64,000 bases of DNA from Acutalibacteraceae bacterium. Its GTDB lineage: Bacteria; Bacillota; Clostridia; Oscillospirales; Acutalibacteraceae. Where the stretch lies: NCBI GenBank assembly GCA_045128715.1, contig JBGVRU010000017.1, positions 18,909 through 82,908 of the forward strand, in the 5' to 3' direction. Within the stretch, counting starts at the first letter, position 1. Each line of letters opens with the position of its first letter. The notes beneath the pieces were generated by a model. The model did not search any database, was not told the origin of the DNA, and saw nothing but the letters and a program-made list of their open reading frames with translations. Below are positions 43,414 through 54,555 of this stretch, in pieces. The translations under genes and the position numbers were made by a program.

Positions 43414-45606
43414 TTAATTATTAATCCTTTCCACACTGAAGGCACCGTCAATTTTTTCAATTCTTAAAATAATACTGCGTAAATGTTCAACACTTTCTGC
43501 ACTAATAGTTACGGTTACCATACAGTTGCCGTCACGTGTTTCACGCGCGTTAATACTGTGAACAGGTACACGCATATTGTTAATTGCATTCATAACATCT
43601 ATTACTATACCGTCGCGGTTAATAAACATTGCCTGAATGGTTGAAGTAAAGCTTTCAGACTTTGTACCGTCCCAATGGGCGCTTATCCAACGCTCTGGTT
43701 CTTCAGCGGTTGAAATATCGTGAGGCACGTTATTACAGTCGCGTTTATGAATTGAAACGCCGTGTCCACGGGTGATAAAGCCAATAATATCGTCACCAGG
43801 TAAAGGTGCGCAGCATTTTGAAAGCTTAATAAGGCAGTTATCAATACCCTCGACTACAACACCCTCAGAGGATTTTGCAACCTTACTCTCCTGAATAGGA
43901 ACAATTTTAGGAGCCTTTGCAGCAGCCTGCTTTTTATTGAAGTCGTCCTTAATTCGTGGAATAAGCTTAGAAAGACTAATCCCACCGTAACCGATAGCAG
44001 CATAAAGCTCTTCAATATTAGCAAGCTTGCACTTTTTGGCAAGCTCATCAAAGTATGCTTCGTATTCGCTGTCATCGATTATAATATCATTACGGCGAAG
44101 CTCTTTTTCGAAAGAAAGCTTGCCCGCGGCAATATTTTCTTCACGCTTTTCTTTTTTGAACCAAGAACGTATTTTTGCCTTAGCCTGAGTAGTTACCGCA
44201 ATATTAAGCCAATCTCTTCCGGGACCGTGCCCTGCCTGATTAGTGGTTAAAATCTCGATAACTTCGCCTGTTTTAATTTCGTGGTTTATTGGTACAATTC
44301 TTCCGTCAACCTTAGCGCCAACCATTCTTATACCTACAGCTGAGTGTATTGCAAAAGCAAAATCAACTACCGTAGCGCCAACAGGCAGATTTATAACATC
44401 GCCCTTAGGGGTAACAGCAAAAACATCCTCCTGTGAAAGGTCTACCTTAATACTTCTTACAATATCACTAGCATCAGCAGTTGCAGACTGACTGTCAAGA
44501 ATCTGTCGTATCCAGGCAAGACGGTCTTCAAGACTCTTATCGTTCTTAGAAATACCCTCTTTATACTTCCAGTGCGCTGCAATACCGAATTCGGCTGTAT
44601 GATGCATATCAAAGGTACGTATCTGAATTTCAAAGGGTATTCCTGCTCTGCTAATAACAGTTGTGTGCAAAGACTGATACATATTAGGCTTAGGTGTAGA
44701 AATATAGTCTTTAAACCTGTTAGGAATAGGTCTGAACATATCGTGCATTATACCAAGAATATTGTAACAGTCAGCTACGGTATCGGTAATAATACGTATT
44801 GCATAAACATCGTAGATTTCGTCAAAATCCTTATCCTGAACATACATTTTACGGTATATTCCGTGAATGGATTTAACTCTGCCCTGAAAAGACATCGGCA
44901 CATCAGGCATTTCTTCCTTTAAGCGTTCTTCAATACGGACTCTGATATCCTCTAAAATCTGCTCACGCTCTTTTTTATGAAGCGAAAGGGATCTTTCAAT
45001 TTCACTGTAACCCACAGGGTCAAGATGCTTTATTGCTAAATCCTCTAATTCCTCTTTTACCGGACGAATACCTAAACGGTGTGCTATAGGTGCGTATATT
45101 TCAAGCGTCTCAACCGACTTATCTCTCTGCTTTTGCTCAGGCATAGCATCAATAGTACGCATATTGTGAAGTCGGTCAGCAAGCTTTATAATAATTACCC
45201 TGATATCCTGCCCCATTGCAATAAGCATTTTTCTGAGACTCTCAGCCTGCTCCTGCTCTTTGGTGGAAAAATTAAGCTTGTTGATTCGGGTAACACCATC
45301 AACAAGGAGGGCTACCTCTGCGCCAAACTGGTTTTTAATATCATCGACGGTAGCGTCAGTATCCTCAACTACATCATGAAGCAATGCCGCTGAAATAGAC
45401 TGTGAATCTAAGCCAAGGGAAATAATTATTTTTGCCACATTATATGGATGGATATAATAATCCTCATGTGACCTGCGTTTCTGACCCTCATGAGCGGTAA
45501 CACAGCATTCAAAAGCTTTTTTCACCAAATCAAAATCATAGCTGCCGCCAAAGTTTAGCATACACTGATGTAATTCATCGTAATGTTTGATTTGTTGTTC
45601 AGTCAC
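43414..45606 (-). CDS. rel: bifunctional (p)ppGpp synthetase/hydrolase, RelA/SpoT family
   Basis: HD hydrolase domain (HDVVEDT), synthetase domain (YQSLHTTV), then TGS and ACT regions. Confidence 0.9.
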   Translation of the reverse strand: MTEQQIKHYDELHQCMLNFGGSYDFDLVKKAFECCVTAHEGQKRRSHEDYYIHPYNVAKIIISLGLDSQSISAALLHDVVEDTDATVDDIKNQFGAEVALLVDGVTRINKLNFSTKEQEQAESLRKMLIAMGQDIRVIIIKLADRLHNMRTIDAMPEQKQRDKSVETLEIYAPIAHRLGIRPVKEELEDLAIKHLDPVGYSEIERSLSLHKKEREQILEDIRVRIEERLKEEMPDVPMSFQGRVKSIHGIYRKMYVQDKDFDEIYDVYAIRIITDTVADCYNILGIMHDMFRPIPNRFKDYISTPKPNMYQSLHTTVISRAGIPFEIQIRTFDMHHTAEFGIAAHWKYKEGISKNDKSLEDRLAWIRQILDSQSATADASDIVRSIKVDLSQEDVFAVTPKGDVINLPVGATVVDFAFAIHSAVGIRMVGAKVDGRIVPINHEIKTGEVIEILTTNQAGHGPGRDWLNIAVTTQAKAKIRSWFKKEKREENIAAGKLSFEKELRRNDIIIDDSEYEAYFDELAKKCKLANIEELYAAIGYGGISLSKLIPRIKDDFNKKQAAAKAPKIVPIQESKVAKSSEGVVVEGIDNCLIKLSKCCAPLPGDDIIGFITRGHGVSIHKRDCNNVPHDISTAEEPERWISAHWDGTKSESFTSTIQAMFINRDGIVIDVMNAINNMRVPVHSINARETRDGNCMVTVTISAESVEHLRSIILRIEKIDGAFSVERINN

Positions 45607-47695
45607 AGTTATCGCTCCTTTCGGTTAGTAATTTATAAGTCGGCGAATTTAAAAGGTTGGTTTTAACTCCGTTTACAGCCTTATAAAAACCCTTGGTACT
45701 TTTTTCTATAAGACCTAATTCTTCTAAGGTTAAAAGAGAAATACAGGTTTTACCGAAACCTAAATCATTCATAAATATATATTTTATTCTATCAGGTAAT
45801 ATTTCTTCCTCGGAAATTTTCTTGAAAACAAAACCTACTTCTTCTCTAGTTGGCAAAAGCTTTAAAGGATCATATACCCTGCCCGACATAAAATTATTGA
45901 ACTCTGTTACAGAATCAAACAGACTGTCATCATTAGTACCGTTAATTCTTAGTGCTTTTATTTGTACAGAAACCGAATATTCGCCTCTGAATAAATTTGC
46001 TTCTACCGATACCGCTAAATCCAAAGTGTCACCTGTTTTAAAACAAAAATTATCAGTTGAAACACCGAAAAGCATAGCCTGAAATGAATTATTGCCTTTA
46101 GTGAATAAAAGTCTTAAATGCTTATTATTGGCTACAGGGGTAATTCTTTCCAAAGCAACACCGTAAACACCGAATAGCGGCGCTTTATTACCGGCACCAT
46201 AAGGCTCTAATTCCTTTAAAGCAAAAGCTAAATCAAGGGAAAGTGCCGATGGGTTCAACCTGCAATCTAAATTAAGAACAGGCGGAATAAAGGGTAAATT
46301 TGCAGCATAGTCATTGATTCTTTTTCTAAATTCAGGAATATCATCTGGTTTAAGGCTAATACCTGCCGCCTGATCGTGACCTCCAAATTTAATTGTTAAA
46401 TCCCTGCAAGAGTTAATGGCATTGTAAAGTGAAAAGCCTTCAATACTTCTGCCTGAACCTGAAGCTAAATCACCGTCAATGGAAATCAGTACCGAAGGAC
46501 AACCATATTTCTCGGTAATTCTTGCGGCTACAATGCCCACAACACCGTGATGCCAGTCCTTGCTGGCCGCCACTATAATACGGTCATACATCAGCTTCTC
46601 AGTTTCAATTATTTGCACAGCCTGATCTAAAATTTTCTTTTCAATTTGCTGCCTTACAGTGTTTTCACTGTCAATTTCGTTTGCTATTCCGAGCGCAATC
46701 ATCATATTATCGGTCATAAGGAGCTCCACTGCCCGTTCTGCCTTGCCCATTCTGCCTGCAGCGTTTATTCTAGGGCAAAGTCCAAAAGCTATTCTAGAGG
46801 CATTTACAGAAGATTTTTCAATACCTGCTACATTTAGGAGAGCAGAAAGACCTGTAAGTGGCGCAGTTTTAAGCTTTTCAATACCGCACTTTACAATGCT
46901 TCTGTTTTCTAAGGTCAAGGGCATTATATCGGCAATTACCGCCAAGGCTAAAATATCTGCAAAATAAGGGAGTAATTCTTCTGGCTCCTTGTTTTCCATG
47001 ACGCAAATAAGCCTGAATGTTACCTCAGCGCCGCAAATTTCCTTAAAAGTAGATGGGCAGTCCTTTCTATGAGGGTCAACAACAGCATCGGCTATAGGCA
47101 ATGTATCAGAGGGTAAGTGATGGTCAGTTACAACCACTTTCATACCAAGCTCCTTAGCAAGAGCGATTTCCTCATTGCATACGATACCGTTATCAACCGT
47201 AACTATCAGCTTTGTATGCTCGTTAAAAAGCTTTTTTATTGCATTTATATTCATACCGTAGCCCTCTGTAAAGCGGTCAGGTATATAATAGCAGCAATTA
47301 GCGTCTCTGGTTTTCAAATAGTTATATAAAAGTGCGGTTGCGGTAACGCCGTCACAGTCATAGTCGCCGTAAACAGCTATCTTTTCGCCCGTTTCAATAG
47401 ACTCATTGATAATTTCAGCGGCTTTTACAATATCAGCCATTTCGTAAGGGTTCGAAAAGCAGGGGTCGTTAGATAAAAATTCTTCTAATTCGCAGGGGTC
47501 AGAATACCCTCTTGCAGAGGCTATGAGCGCTACAATAGGGTCAACATTACATTCTTCTGCCAATTCTTTAGCAAGCTGCTTATCATAGCTTGCTACCTGC
47601 CATTTTTTAAGCCCCAAAGTGTTCACCGCCCTTAATGCAATTTTGAGTTGCTTATCAATAATTATCGACAAGCAGTAAATCAATTTAAATTTCAA
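45599..47695 (-). CDS. recJ: single-stranded-DNA-specific exonuclease RecJ
   Basis: DHH motifs (VYGDYDCDGVT, VVTDHH), DHHA1 (GGHDQAAG). The true start is probably internal (TTG near 47617, giving ...GLKKWQV); the first 26 codons of the track ORF look non-coding. Confidence 0.85.
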   Translation of the reverse strand: MKFKLIYCLSIIIDKQLKIALRAVNTLGLKKWQVASYDKQLAKELAEECNVDPIVALIASARGYSDPCELEEFLSNDPCFSNPYEMADIVKAAEIINESIETGEKIAVYGDYDCDGVTATALLYNYLKTRDANCCYYIPDRFTEGYGMNINAIKKLFNEHTKLIVTVDNGIVCNEEIALAKELGMKVVVTDHHLPSDTLPIADAVVDPHRKDCPSTFKEICGAEVTFRLICVMENKEPEELLPYFADILALAVIADIMPLTLENRSIVKCGIEKLKTAPLTGLSALLNVAGIEKSSVNASRIAFGLCPRINAAGRMGKAERAVELLMTDNMMIALGIANEIDSENTVRQQIEKKILDQAVQIIETEKLMYDRIIVAASKDWHHGVVGIVAARITEKYGCPSVLISIDGDLASGSGRSIEGFSLYNAINSCRDLTIKFGGHDQAAGISLKPDDIPEFRKRINDYAANLPFIPPVLNLDCRLNPSALSLDLAFALKELEPYGAGNKAPLFGVYGVALERITPVANNKHLRLLFTKGNNSFQAMLFGVSTDNFCFKTGDTLDLAVSVEANLFRGEYSVSVQIKALRINGTNDDSLFDSVTEFNNFMSGRVYDPLKLLPTREEVGFVFKKISEEEILPDRIKYIFMNDLGFGKTCISLLTLEELGLIEKSTKGFYKAVNGVKTNLLNSPTYKLLTERSDNCD

Positions 47696-47823
47696 GTATA
47701 TACATTATACATATCCATAATATATTTAATTAATTCTACCACTAAAGACCGTGTTTTTCAACTTTTTTGTTATTTTTCGCAAAAAAAGTGAGGACTTTTT
47801 ACAGTCCCCATTTAAAATATCTG

Positions 47824-48351
47824 CTATTTTAGAATTTTTCTTACTCTACCTTGCAAAACTCTTATATACATCATTGCCATTCGGGAAATTGCAATATCAT
47901 ATAAAATAAATACAATAATCCCCAAAATTAAGAGAATGCCAATACCGTATTTGCCGTAGGAGTTAATATCTTCAAGACTTATACCAAAAATGCCGGCAAT
48001 TACATAGTAAATCAAAGAAACCGAAGATATAAAACAAGAAAGCTTTATTATCCATTCGATTATTGGTCTACGTAACTTTTCTACTAAAGCTTTAATTATA
48101 GGATAATAACCGAAAAGACCTATATACATAAGCTTGCTTTCGGGTTCGGCAAGTAGGAACACCAAAACAGCTGATGCCAAATATGCAGTAAATGCCCATT
48201 TATAATCTGTTTCAATTACTAAAATCATTATAAACAGTCCTGCTATAGCGGGTATTGCATAAGTAAGATAAGGAAAGTATGATAACAGCATAAATGCGGT
48301 AGCTAATGCTGCCATCATAGCACAAAAAGTGATTTTTGTGTTTCGTTTCAT
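47824..48351 (-). CDS. polytopic membrane protein (ECF S-component-like, unassigned)
   Basis: 175 aa, 5 TM segments; I recognise no diagnostic motif. Confidence 0.4.
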   Translation of the reverse strand: MKRNTKITFCAMMAALATAFMLLSYFPYLTYAIPAIAGLFIMILVIETDYKWAFTAYLASAVLVFLLAEPESKLMYIGLFGYYPIIKALVEKLRRPIIEWIIKLSCFISSVSLIYYVIAGIFGISLEDINSYGKYGIGILLILGIIVFILYDIAISRMAMMYIRVLQGRVRKILK

Positions 48352-48363
48352 TTTATCACCTGC

Positions 48364-48966
48364 TTAACAGCACGGAATAAGGTCGCCGCCCATACATTCG
48401 CAGCAGCAATCGGCACATATAAGATTAGTACAGCAATCACATTCATTCATACCGCCGCCATAAGAACGGTAAGGATTATACTGATTACCTGACTGACGCT
48501 GTGCGCGGTTAAGTGCGTTACGGTATTCGGGGTTAGTAGGATCCATTCTTACTGCAGTAGAAAAACTGGTATAAGCCTGATCGAACCAACCTCTGCGGTA
48601 AAGCACAGTTCCGTTAAGAAAATACCATTCAGCACTTCTTGACTGCGGAGGTACGCCATCCAATACTTCCTGTGCTTGCTCAAGTCTGCCTTGATTAATA
48701 AGCTGTCTAACCTCAGGGAAGGCTGTTGTTCCGCCTGCATTACTATAGTTGGCGTCATAAGTGTCCTTTTTACCGCTGCGGCGTTTGTTCATAATTGAAT
48801 CATAAGCCTCATTGATTTCTTTCATCTTCTCTCCTGCTAAATCAGAAAGAGGATTATCAGTATAATTATCAGGGTGGTATTTACGTGCCAATTCCCTATA
48901 AGCGTTTTTAATTTCTTCGTCTGTTGCATTTTTATCAATACCTAAAACAGAATACGGATCCCTCAT
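48364..48966 (-). CDS. J-domain protein with TPR-like middle region and poly-cysteine C-terminal tail
   Basis: J domain DPYSVLGI...[12 protein letters not shown]-terminus [27 protein letters not shown] has 11 Cys in the last 24 residues. Confidence 0.8.
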   Translation of the reverse strand: MRDPYSVLGIDKNATDEEIKNAYRELARKYHPDNYTDNPLSDLAGEKMKEINEAYDSIMNKRRSGKKDTYDANYSNAGGTTAFPEVRQLINQGRLEQAQEVLDGVPPQSRSAEWYFLNGTVLYRRGWFDQAYTSFSTAVRMDPTNPEYRNALNRAQRQSGNQYNPYRSYGGGMNECDCCTNLICADCCCECMGGDLIPCC

Positions 48967-49805
48967 ATATTTAACTCCTTTTTGAAAGTATCTTCCAGTC
49001 CTAAATAGATAATATTACCTAAAATATGCTTGTGTTTTTTAATTTCTAAAAGCTCAAAGGCTTTTGCTGCCTCATTAACACAAAAATAAAGCTGCGGCAC
49101 TACCTTTTCCTTGATAATTTCCTGATTGTTTTCGGCAAGCATATACCTTAGTACATTATATGTTCCTTTTTTAATATCTTCTTCTAAATCACAAGCGGCA
49201 TCTAAAATATAAATATATCTGCCAAGGCAATAGCCAATACGCTCCAAAACTCGTTTTTCGGTTTCATTATCACTGCAAAGCATTAATAATTTGGATAACG
49301 CCTTAGCTGTAGGATCAGCAATTCTATCAATCTCGCGGCATCCGCTTTTTTCAAGCTGTGACTGTTCGCTTATATAATCGGCGACCGTTTCTTCAATCTT
49401 AGGATATTGCTTTTTAGCTTTTTTATGAGCACCGCTGAAAATTGGAAGCAGTAATAAATATCCTAATTTTTTAAAACCTTTTTCATCCTCTACATTATCC
49501 TTAAGCTTATAGTAAAGCATTATCATAGCCGCAGCAGACGGCATTTTAAGATCGTTTGTTTCTTTGCAATAATTACATTTTTTAAAAGGATTAAAAGCAC
49601 AGCGTTTACGTTCAAAGCTTGTACAGCCATCCTTTAAAGCCATATTAAGAAGTGCCAAAAATGTAAAATCATAGCTAAGTGTTAAGCGGGCAAGCAAACC
49701 ATAGTTTTTGCCAAGCTCCTTACAAAGAGAGCAATAAACCGCTTTATAAATTTCAAATTCTTTAATTTTCATTTCAGGCTTATCCGCTTTTATATAGCCA
49801 AACAT
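48963..49805 (-). CDS. DUF5685 family protein
   Basis: N-terminus [32 protein letters not shown] matches what I recall of DUF5685. Overlaps the J-domain gene by 4 nt. Confidence 0.6.
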   Translation of the reverse strand: MFGYIKADKPEMKIKEFEIYKAVYCSLCKELGKNYGLLARLTLSYDFTFLALLNMALKDGCTSFERKRCAFNPFKKCNYCKETNDLKMPSAAAMIMLYYKLKDNVEDEKGFKKLGYLLLLPIFSGAHKKAKKQYPKIEETVADYISEQSQLEKSGCREIDRIADPTAKALSKLLMLCSDNETEKRVLERIGYCLGRYIYILDAACDLEEDIKKGTYNVLRYMLAENNQEIIKEKVVPQLYFCVNEAAKAFELLEIKKHKHILGNIIYLGLEDTFKKELNI

Positions 49806-49888
49806 TTTTACACCTCTTATCTTAACATTATATCACAATCAAAAGAACATTGGTGAATAATATGTAAATTAATGCCTTCTTTAGGACA

Positions 49889-52738
49889 TTAATTTAACAT
49901 ATTTTTAAGAAACTGACCTGTATATGATTTTTCGCATTCAGCTACCTTTTCAGGAGTACCACTTGCAACAACTGTACCGCCGCCGTCGCCACCCTCAGGA
50001 CCTAAATCAATAATATGGTCGGCGGTTTTAATAACATCAAGATTATGCTCAATTACAAGTACAGTATTTCCACTATCAACAAATCTTTGCAAAACCTCTA
50101 TAAGCTTATGCACATCAGCGGTGTGTAAACCTGTTGTAGGCTCATCAAGTACATAAATTGTCTTTCCTGTTCCTCTTTTTGAAAGCTCCGCCGCTAATTT
50201 TACACGTTGAGCTTCACCACCCGAAAGGGTTGTTGCGGGCTGACCTATTTTAACATAGCCAAGACCAACATCACAAAGGGTTTTAAGCTTTCGTGCGATT
50301 TTGGGTATACTTTCAAAGAAATAGTAACCCTCTTCAACTGTCATTTCAAGCACATCGTAAATACTTTTACCTTTATACTTAACACTCAGAGTTTCCCTAT
50401 TATAACGGCTACCGCCGCAAACCTCACAGGGAACGTAAATATCGGGTAAAAAGTGCATTTCTATCTTTAAAATACCGTCGCCCTGACAGGCCTCGCATCT
50501 GCCACCCTTAACATTAAAGGAAAATCTGCCTGAATTATATCCGTGCATTTTAGCGTCCTTTGTAGAGGCGAATAGCTCGCGAATATCCGTGAAAACACCT
50601 GTATATGTTGCAGGGTTAGAACGAGGAGTTCTGCCTATCGGTGACTGGTCGATATTAATTATTTTATCAAGATTTTCAATACCCTCAATAGATTTATACT
50701 TACCCGCAATGGTTTTTGCATTATTAAGCTTGTTAGCCAAAACCTTACAAAGTATATCATTAACAAATGAGGACTTACCGCTACCTGAAACACCTGTAAC
50801 ACAGCAAAAAGTTCCGAGCGGAATTTTGACATTAATTTTTTTTAAGTTATTTTCAGCCGCACCTTTAACGGTTAAGAAGCTTCCGTTGCCCTTACGTCTT
50901 ACAGCAGGTACAGGTATCTTCTTTCTTCCAGTAAGATAATCAGATGTTATAGATTCCTTGCAGTCCTTGAGTTTTTCCATCTCACCTGAGAAAATAACAT
51001 TACCGCCGTGAATACCTGCACCTGGGCCTATATCCACAATATAGTCAGCCGCACGCATAGTATCCTCGTCGTGCTCAACAACTATTACGGTATTACCTAA
51101 ATCACGAAGCCTTTTCAAGGTTGAAATAAGACGTTCATTGTCCCTTTGGTGGAGACCAATGCTCGGCTCATCAAGAATATAAAGCACACCCATAAGCGAA
51201 GAACCGATTTGGGTGGCAAGTCTAATACGCTGACTTTCTCCGCCTGAAAGAGTACCCGAGGAGCGTGATAAATCAAGATATTCAAGACCAACACTTTGTA
51301 GAAATGAAAGTCTTTCCTTAATTTCCTTTAAAATCGGTTTTGCTATCATACTGTCTCTTGAACCAAACTCTAATTTTTCTATAAACTCAAGCTCACGACT
51401 TACCGACATATCGCAAAATTCTTTAATATTCTTTCCGCCGACAGTTACCGCTAAATATTCAGGCTTTAGCCTTGCACCCTTACAGTCGGGACAAGCGCTT
51501 TCATGCATATAGGTTTCAATTTCGTTTCTTGAATAATCACTTGTGGTTTCCTTATAGCGTCTTTCAAGGTTGTTTATTACTCCCTCAAACGGTGCATAGT
51601 AAGTTCCTCCACCGTAATCTGTGGTACGAACAAGCTTAATCTTCGTTTCACCCGTTCCATAAAGAACAACATTTTTAGCTTCCTCGCTCAGGCTTTTCCA
51701 AGGAGCATTCACATCAAACCCGTAATGCTCGGCCAAACCCTTATAATACATTTCGGCTATACTGCTCGCATCAGGATTAAACCATGAATTAACCCCCCAG
51801 CCTGATGCTTTAATACATCCATCTAATAAGGATTTATCCTCATCATTTATTATCAGCCTTTTATCAATTTTCATAAACATTCCTATACCAGTGCAGGTAG
51901 GACAAGCGCCCATCGGATTATTAAAGGAAAACATTGTAGGTGTTAATTCAGGTATACTGATACCGTGCTCATCACAGGCATAGCTTTGGGAGAATTGCAG
52001 CTCCTCTCCACCGATAACATCAACCGCAACAAGACCGCCCGAAAGTGCAACGGCGGTTTCAATACTGTCAGTTAAACGGGACTGTATATCTTCTTTAATA
52101 ACAAGACGGTCAACAACAACCTCTATCCAATGCTTTTTATTTTTTTCAAGCTTGATTTCTTCTGCAAGGTCGTAAATATTACCGTCAATTCTTACTCTTG
52201 AATAACCCGATTTGCGTGCGGCTTCAAGCTCTTTAGCATGCTCACCTTTTCTGCCCTTTACTACAGGTGACAGAATCTGGAACTTTGTGCCAAGCTCTAA
52301 TTTCATAACAATATCAACTATTTGGTCGGTTGTTTGTTGACTTATCTCCTTGCCGCAAATAGGACAATGCGGAATACCTACTCTGGCATATAAAAGACGC
52401 AAATAGTCATAAATCTCGGTAACCGTACCAACTGTCGAACGTGGGTTTTTAGAGGTGGTTTTTTGGTCAATAGAAATTGCAGGAGAAAGCCCCTCAATAG
52501 TATCAACATTAGGTTTTTCCATCTGACCCAAGAACTGACGTGCATAGGAAGAAAGGGATTCAACGTACCTACGCTGTCCCTCTGCGTATATAGTATCAAA
52601 AGCTAGCGAGGACTTACCGCTACCCGATAATCCCGTAAAAACTATCAGCTTATCTCGCGGTATTTCAACATCAATATTCTTAAGATTATGCTCATTAGCA
52701 CCCTTAATAATAATTTTATCGTTAGCCAAATTAATCAT
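49889..52738 (-). CDS. uvrA: excinuclease ABC subunit A
   Basis: Two ABC ATPase modules ([18 protein letters not shown]), zinc-finger cysteines, 949 aa. Confidence 0.95.
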   Translation of the reverse strand: MINLANDKIIIKGANEHNLKNIDVEIPRDKLIVFTGLSGSGKSSLAFDTIYAEGQRRYVESLSSYARQFLGQMEKPNVDTIEGLSPAISIDQKTTSKNPRSTVGTVTEIYDYLRLLYARVGIPHCPICGKEISQQTTDQIVDIVMKLELGTKFQILSPVVKGRKGEHAKELEAARKSGYSRVRIDGNIYDLAEEIKLEKNKKHWIEVVVDRLVIKEDIQSRLTDSIETAVALSGGLVAVDVIGGEELQFSQSYACDEHGISIPELTPTMFSFNNPMGACPTCTGIGMFMKIDKRLIINDEDKSLLDGCIKASGWGVNSWFNPDASSIAEMYYKGLAEHYGFDVNAPWKSLSEEAKNVVLYGTGETKIKLVRTTDYGGGTYYAPFEGVINNLERRYKETTSDYSRNEIETYMHESACPDCKGARLKPEYLAVTVGGKNIKEFCDMSVSRELEFIEKLEFGSRDSMIAKPILKEIKERLSFLQSVGLEYLDLSRSSGTLSGGESQRIRLATQIGSSLMGVLYILDEPSIGLHQRDNERLISTLKRLRDLGNTVIVVEHDEDTMRAADYIVDIGPGAGIHGGNVIFSGEMEKLKDCKESITSDYLTGRKKIPVPAVRRKGNGSFLTVKGAAENNLKKINVKIPLGTFCCVTGVSGSGKSSFVNDILCKVLANKLNNAKTIAGKYKSIEGIENLDKIINIDQSPIGRTPRSNPATYTGVFTDIRELFASTKDAKMHGYNSGRFSFNVKGGRCEACQGDGILKIEMHFLPDIYVPCEVCGGSRYNRETLSVKYKGKSIYDVLEMTVEEGYYFFESIPKIARKLKTLCDVGLGYVKIGQPATTLSGGEAQRVKLAAELSKRGTGKTIYVLDEPTTGLHTADVHKLIEVLQRFVDSGNTVLVIEHNLDVIKTADHIIDLGPEGGDGGGTVVASGTPEKVAECEKSYTGQFLKNMLN

Positions 52739-52914
52739 CCTAAGTTTAAATTTTACTCCCCTATTTTACGACATTTTTTTTTTAAAGTAAATACTTTATT
52801 AGTATTTGTTATTAAAAAAATATATACTAATTTTATCTGTTGGCTTTATTTTTGAAAATATCTATAATATACTACTAAAGTACGAATAGGGGTGTCTTTA
52901 TGGAAAAGTTTGTT

Positions 52915-53610
52915 TTAATCTAATATTTTTCCGTCTGTAGAGATAGTTACAACTCTCCACGGAATAAATTTACCACTTGTTTGCAAAGCCTGTTTAACCG
53001 CATATTCAATACCGCCACAGCAGGGTACTTCCATTCGCACGACGGTCACACTCTTAATATCGTTGTTTGAGATAATTGCGGTTAGTTTTTCGGTATAATC
53101 GCCTTCATCAAGTTTTGGACAGCCGATGAGTGTTATGCGGTTACGGATAAACTCATTATGGAAATTACCGTATGCATATGCTGTGCAATCTGCCGCAATC
53201 AAAAGATTTGCGCCGTCAAAATATGGTGCATTTATTGGAACGAGTTTAATTTGTACAGGCCATTGTGAAAGCTGACTGCTTGTAGGAACAGTAGAACTAC
53301 TGCAATCAAGGTTACCTCTGTCAATGCCTTTTGATTGTGTACCGGGGCAACCGCAAGGCAGAGTGTCTAGCTTTTTCGCTTTAGCTTCAAGCACAGCAGC
53401 TTCATCATAAGCGGGAGCTTCTCTTTCCTCAAAGGTTATTGCATCCACGGGACAAGTAGGAAGACAATTACCAAGTCCGTCGCAATAATCTTCACGAACG
53501 AGTTTGGCTTTGCCGTTTATCATTTCGATTGCACCTTCGTGGCAAGCAACGGCGCAAGCACAACAACCATTACATTTTTCTTCGTCGATTTTAATGATTT
53601 TTCTAATCAT
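52915..53610 (-). CDS. 4Fe-4S dicluster domain protein with a conserved C-terminal Cys-containing domain
   Basis: CNGCCACAVACHEGAI and CDGLGNCLPTCPVDAI ferredoxin motifs; C-terminal VPCCGG. ATG 53610 follows RBS GAGGAG; the track ORF's 23 upstream codons are discounted. Confidence 0.75.
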   Translation of the reverse strand: MIRKIIKIDEEKCNGCCACAVACHEGAIEMINGKAKLVREDYCDGLGNCLPTCPVDAITFEEREAPAYDEAAVLEAKAKKLDTLPCGCPGTQSKGIDRGNLDCSSSTVPTSSQLSQWPVQIKLVPINAPYFDGANLLIAADCTAYAYGNFHNEFIRNRITLIGCPKLDEGDYTEKLTAIISNNDIKSVTVVRMEVPCCGGIEYAVKQALQTSGKFIPWRVVTISTDGKILD

Positions 53611-53639
53611 ACACTTACTCCTCTTCAATTCTAAAGATA

Positions 53640-53652
53640 TTGATAACATCAA
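53640..53652. promoter_or_regulatory. palindrome TTGATAACATCAA (Crp/Fnr-like half-sites, atypical spacing)
   Basis: TTGAT-AAC-ATCAA lies 30-40 nt upstream of the ferredoxin-like gene start, next to a divergent Crp/Fnr regulator gene. Confidence 0.35.
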
Positions 53653-53665
53653 TGTCAGGTCAACA

Positions 53666-53804
53666 AAACCGAATTTCACCGCACTCTGCTTTAGGTGGTT
53701 AACAGCCTAAATCAGTATGACTATATGCAGTCTCCGATCTGATGCCCTCTGCTGCAGGGAAAACTGCCTCTTCTCTCAACCAACGTAATTTTGATATTCG
53801 GTTT
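53666..53804. other. about 139-nt inverted-repeat-closed structured element in the divergent intergenic region
   Basis: AAACCGAAT (53666-74) pairs with ATTCGGTTT (53796-804). Internal hairpins: TTTAGG...CCTAAA, GCAGT...ACTGC, CCCT...AGGG. The only ORF over it (53742-53954) looks spurious. Confidence 0.3.
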
Positions 53805-53822
53805 CAGTTCTATCACCTCCCA

Positions 53823-53851
53823 TTGACTTTACGGCTCAATTATAGTACAAT
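53823..53851 (+). promoter_or_regulatory. promoter of the Crp/Fnr gene (TTGACT-17-TACAAT)
   Basis: Hexamers at 53823-53828 and 53846-53851. Confidence 0.55.
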
Positions 53852-53895
53852 AAATAAAACAATGCGGTTGTTTTTACAACGGAAAGTGATGTTTT

Positions 53896-54555
53896 ATGAA
53901 AAAGTATATTTCTATCCTGAGAAGAACTCAAATATTTGCCGGCGTGGGCGATGATGAAATTATATCTATGCTTTCTTGTCTCGGCGCAAGACTTTTTACC
54001 TATAAAAAAGGAGAATATGTATTACGACAAGGTGAGCATTCAAGCGATATTACCGTTTTGGTTGAAGGAAATCTCCATATTCAAAAGGATGATTATTGGG
54101 GAAATCGCAGTATCCTTGGTCAGATAGCAGTTGGCGAGATGTTTGGGGAAGCCTACGTTGCACCCGAAAGCGGTGCATTGCTCAACGATGTTGTAGCAGT
54201 AGAAGATAGCGCTGTTATTTTCTTTGATGTAAAGAGAATTATTACCTCCTGTTCTTCTGCCTGTCGATTTCACGCTATAGTGGTGCAGAATATGTTCTTC
54301 GCAATTTCCGAGAAAAACAGAAAACTCGTGCAAAAACTCGGTCATATGTCCAAGCGTTCCACACGAGAAAAACTAATCTCATATTTATCTGAAGAAGCCA
54401 AAAAGCAAAAAAGCTCAAACTTTACCATTCCATTCAATCGTCAGCAACTTGCAGACTTTTTATCTGTTGAACGTAGTGCCATGTCTAACGAACTTTGCAA
54501 AATGCGTGATGATGGTTTGATTGAGTTTGAGAAAAATTGCTTTAAGTTATTATAA
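53896..54555 (+). CDS. Crp/Fnr family transcriptional regulator
   Basis: N-terminal cNMP-binding-like beta-roll (FGE motif MFGEAY); C-terminal HTH REKLISYL...NRQQLADFLSVERSAMSNEL. Confidence 0.85.
   Translation: MKKYISILRRTQIFAGVGDDEIISMLSCLGARLFTYKKGEYVLRQGEHSSDITVLVEGNLHIQKDDYWGNRSILGQIAVGEMFGEAYVAPESGALLNDVVAVEDSAVIFFDVKRIITSCSSACRFHAIVVQNMFFAISEKNRKLVQKLGHMSKRSTREKLISYLSEEAKKQKSSNFTIPFNRQQLADFLSVERSAMSNELCKMRDDGLIEFEKNCFKLL

Noticed and set aside
53666-53804. Cobalamin riboswitch, T-box or Moco riboswitch
   Set aside because: There are only partial resemblances (GGTGAAATTC; TTAGGTGGTTAAC). There is no B12 box, no T-box AGGGTGGTACCGCG-type sequence with a specifier architecture, and the gene context does not fit.
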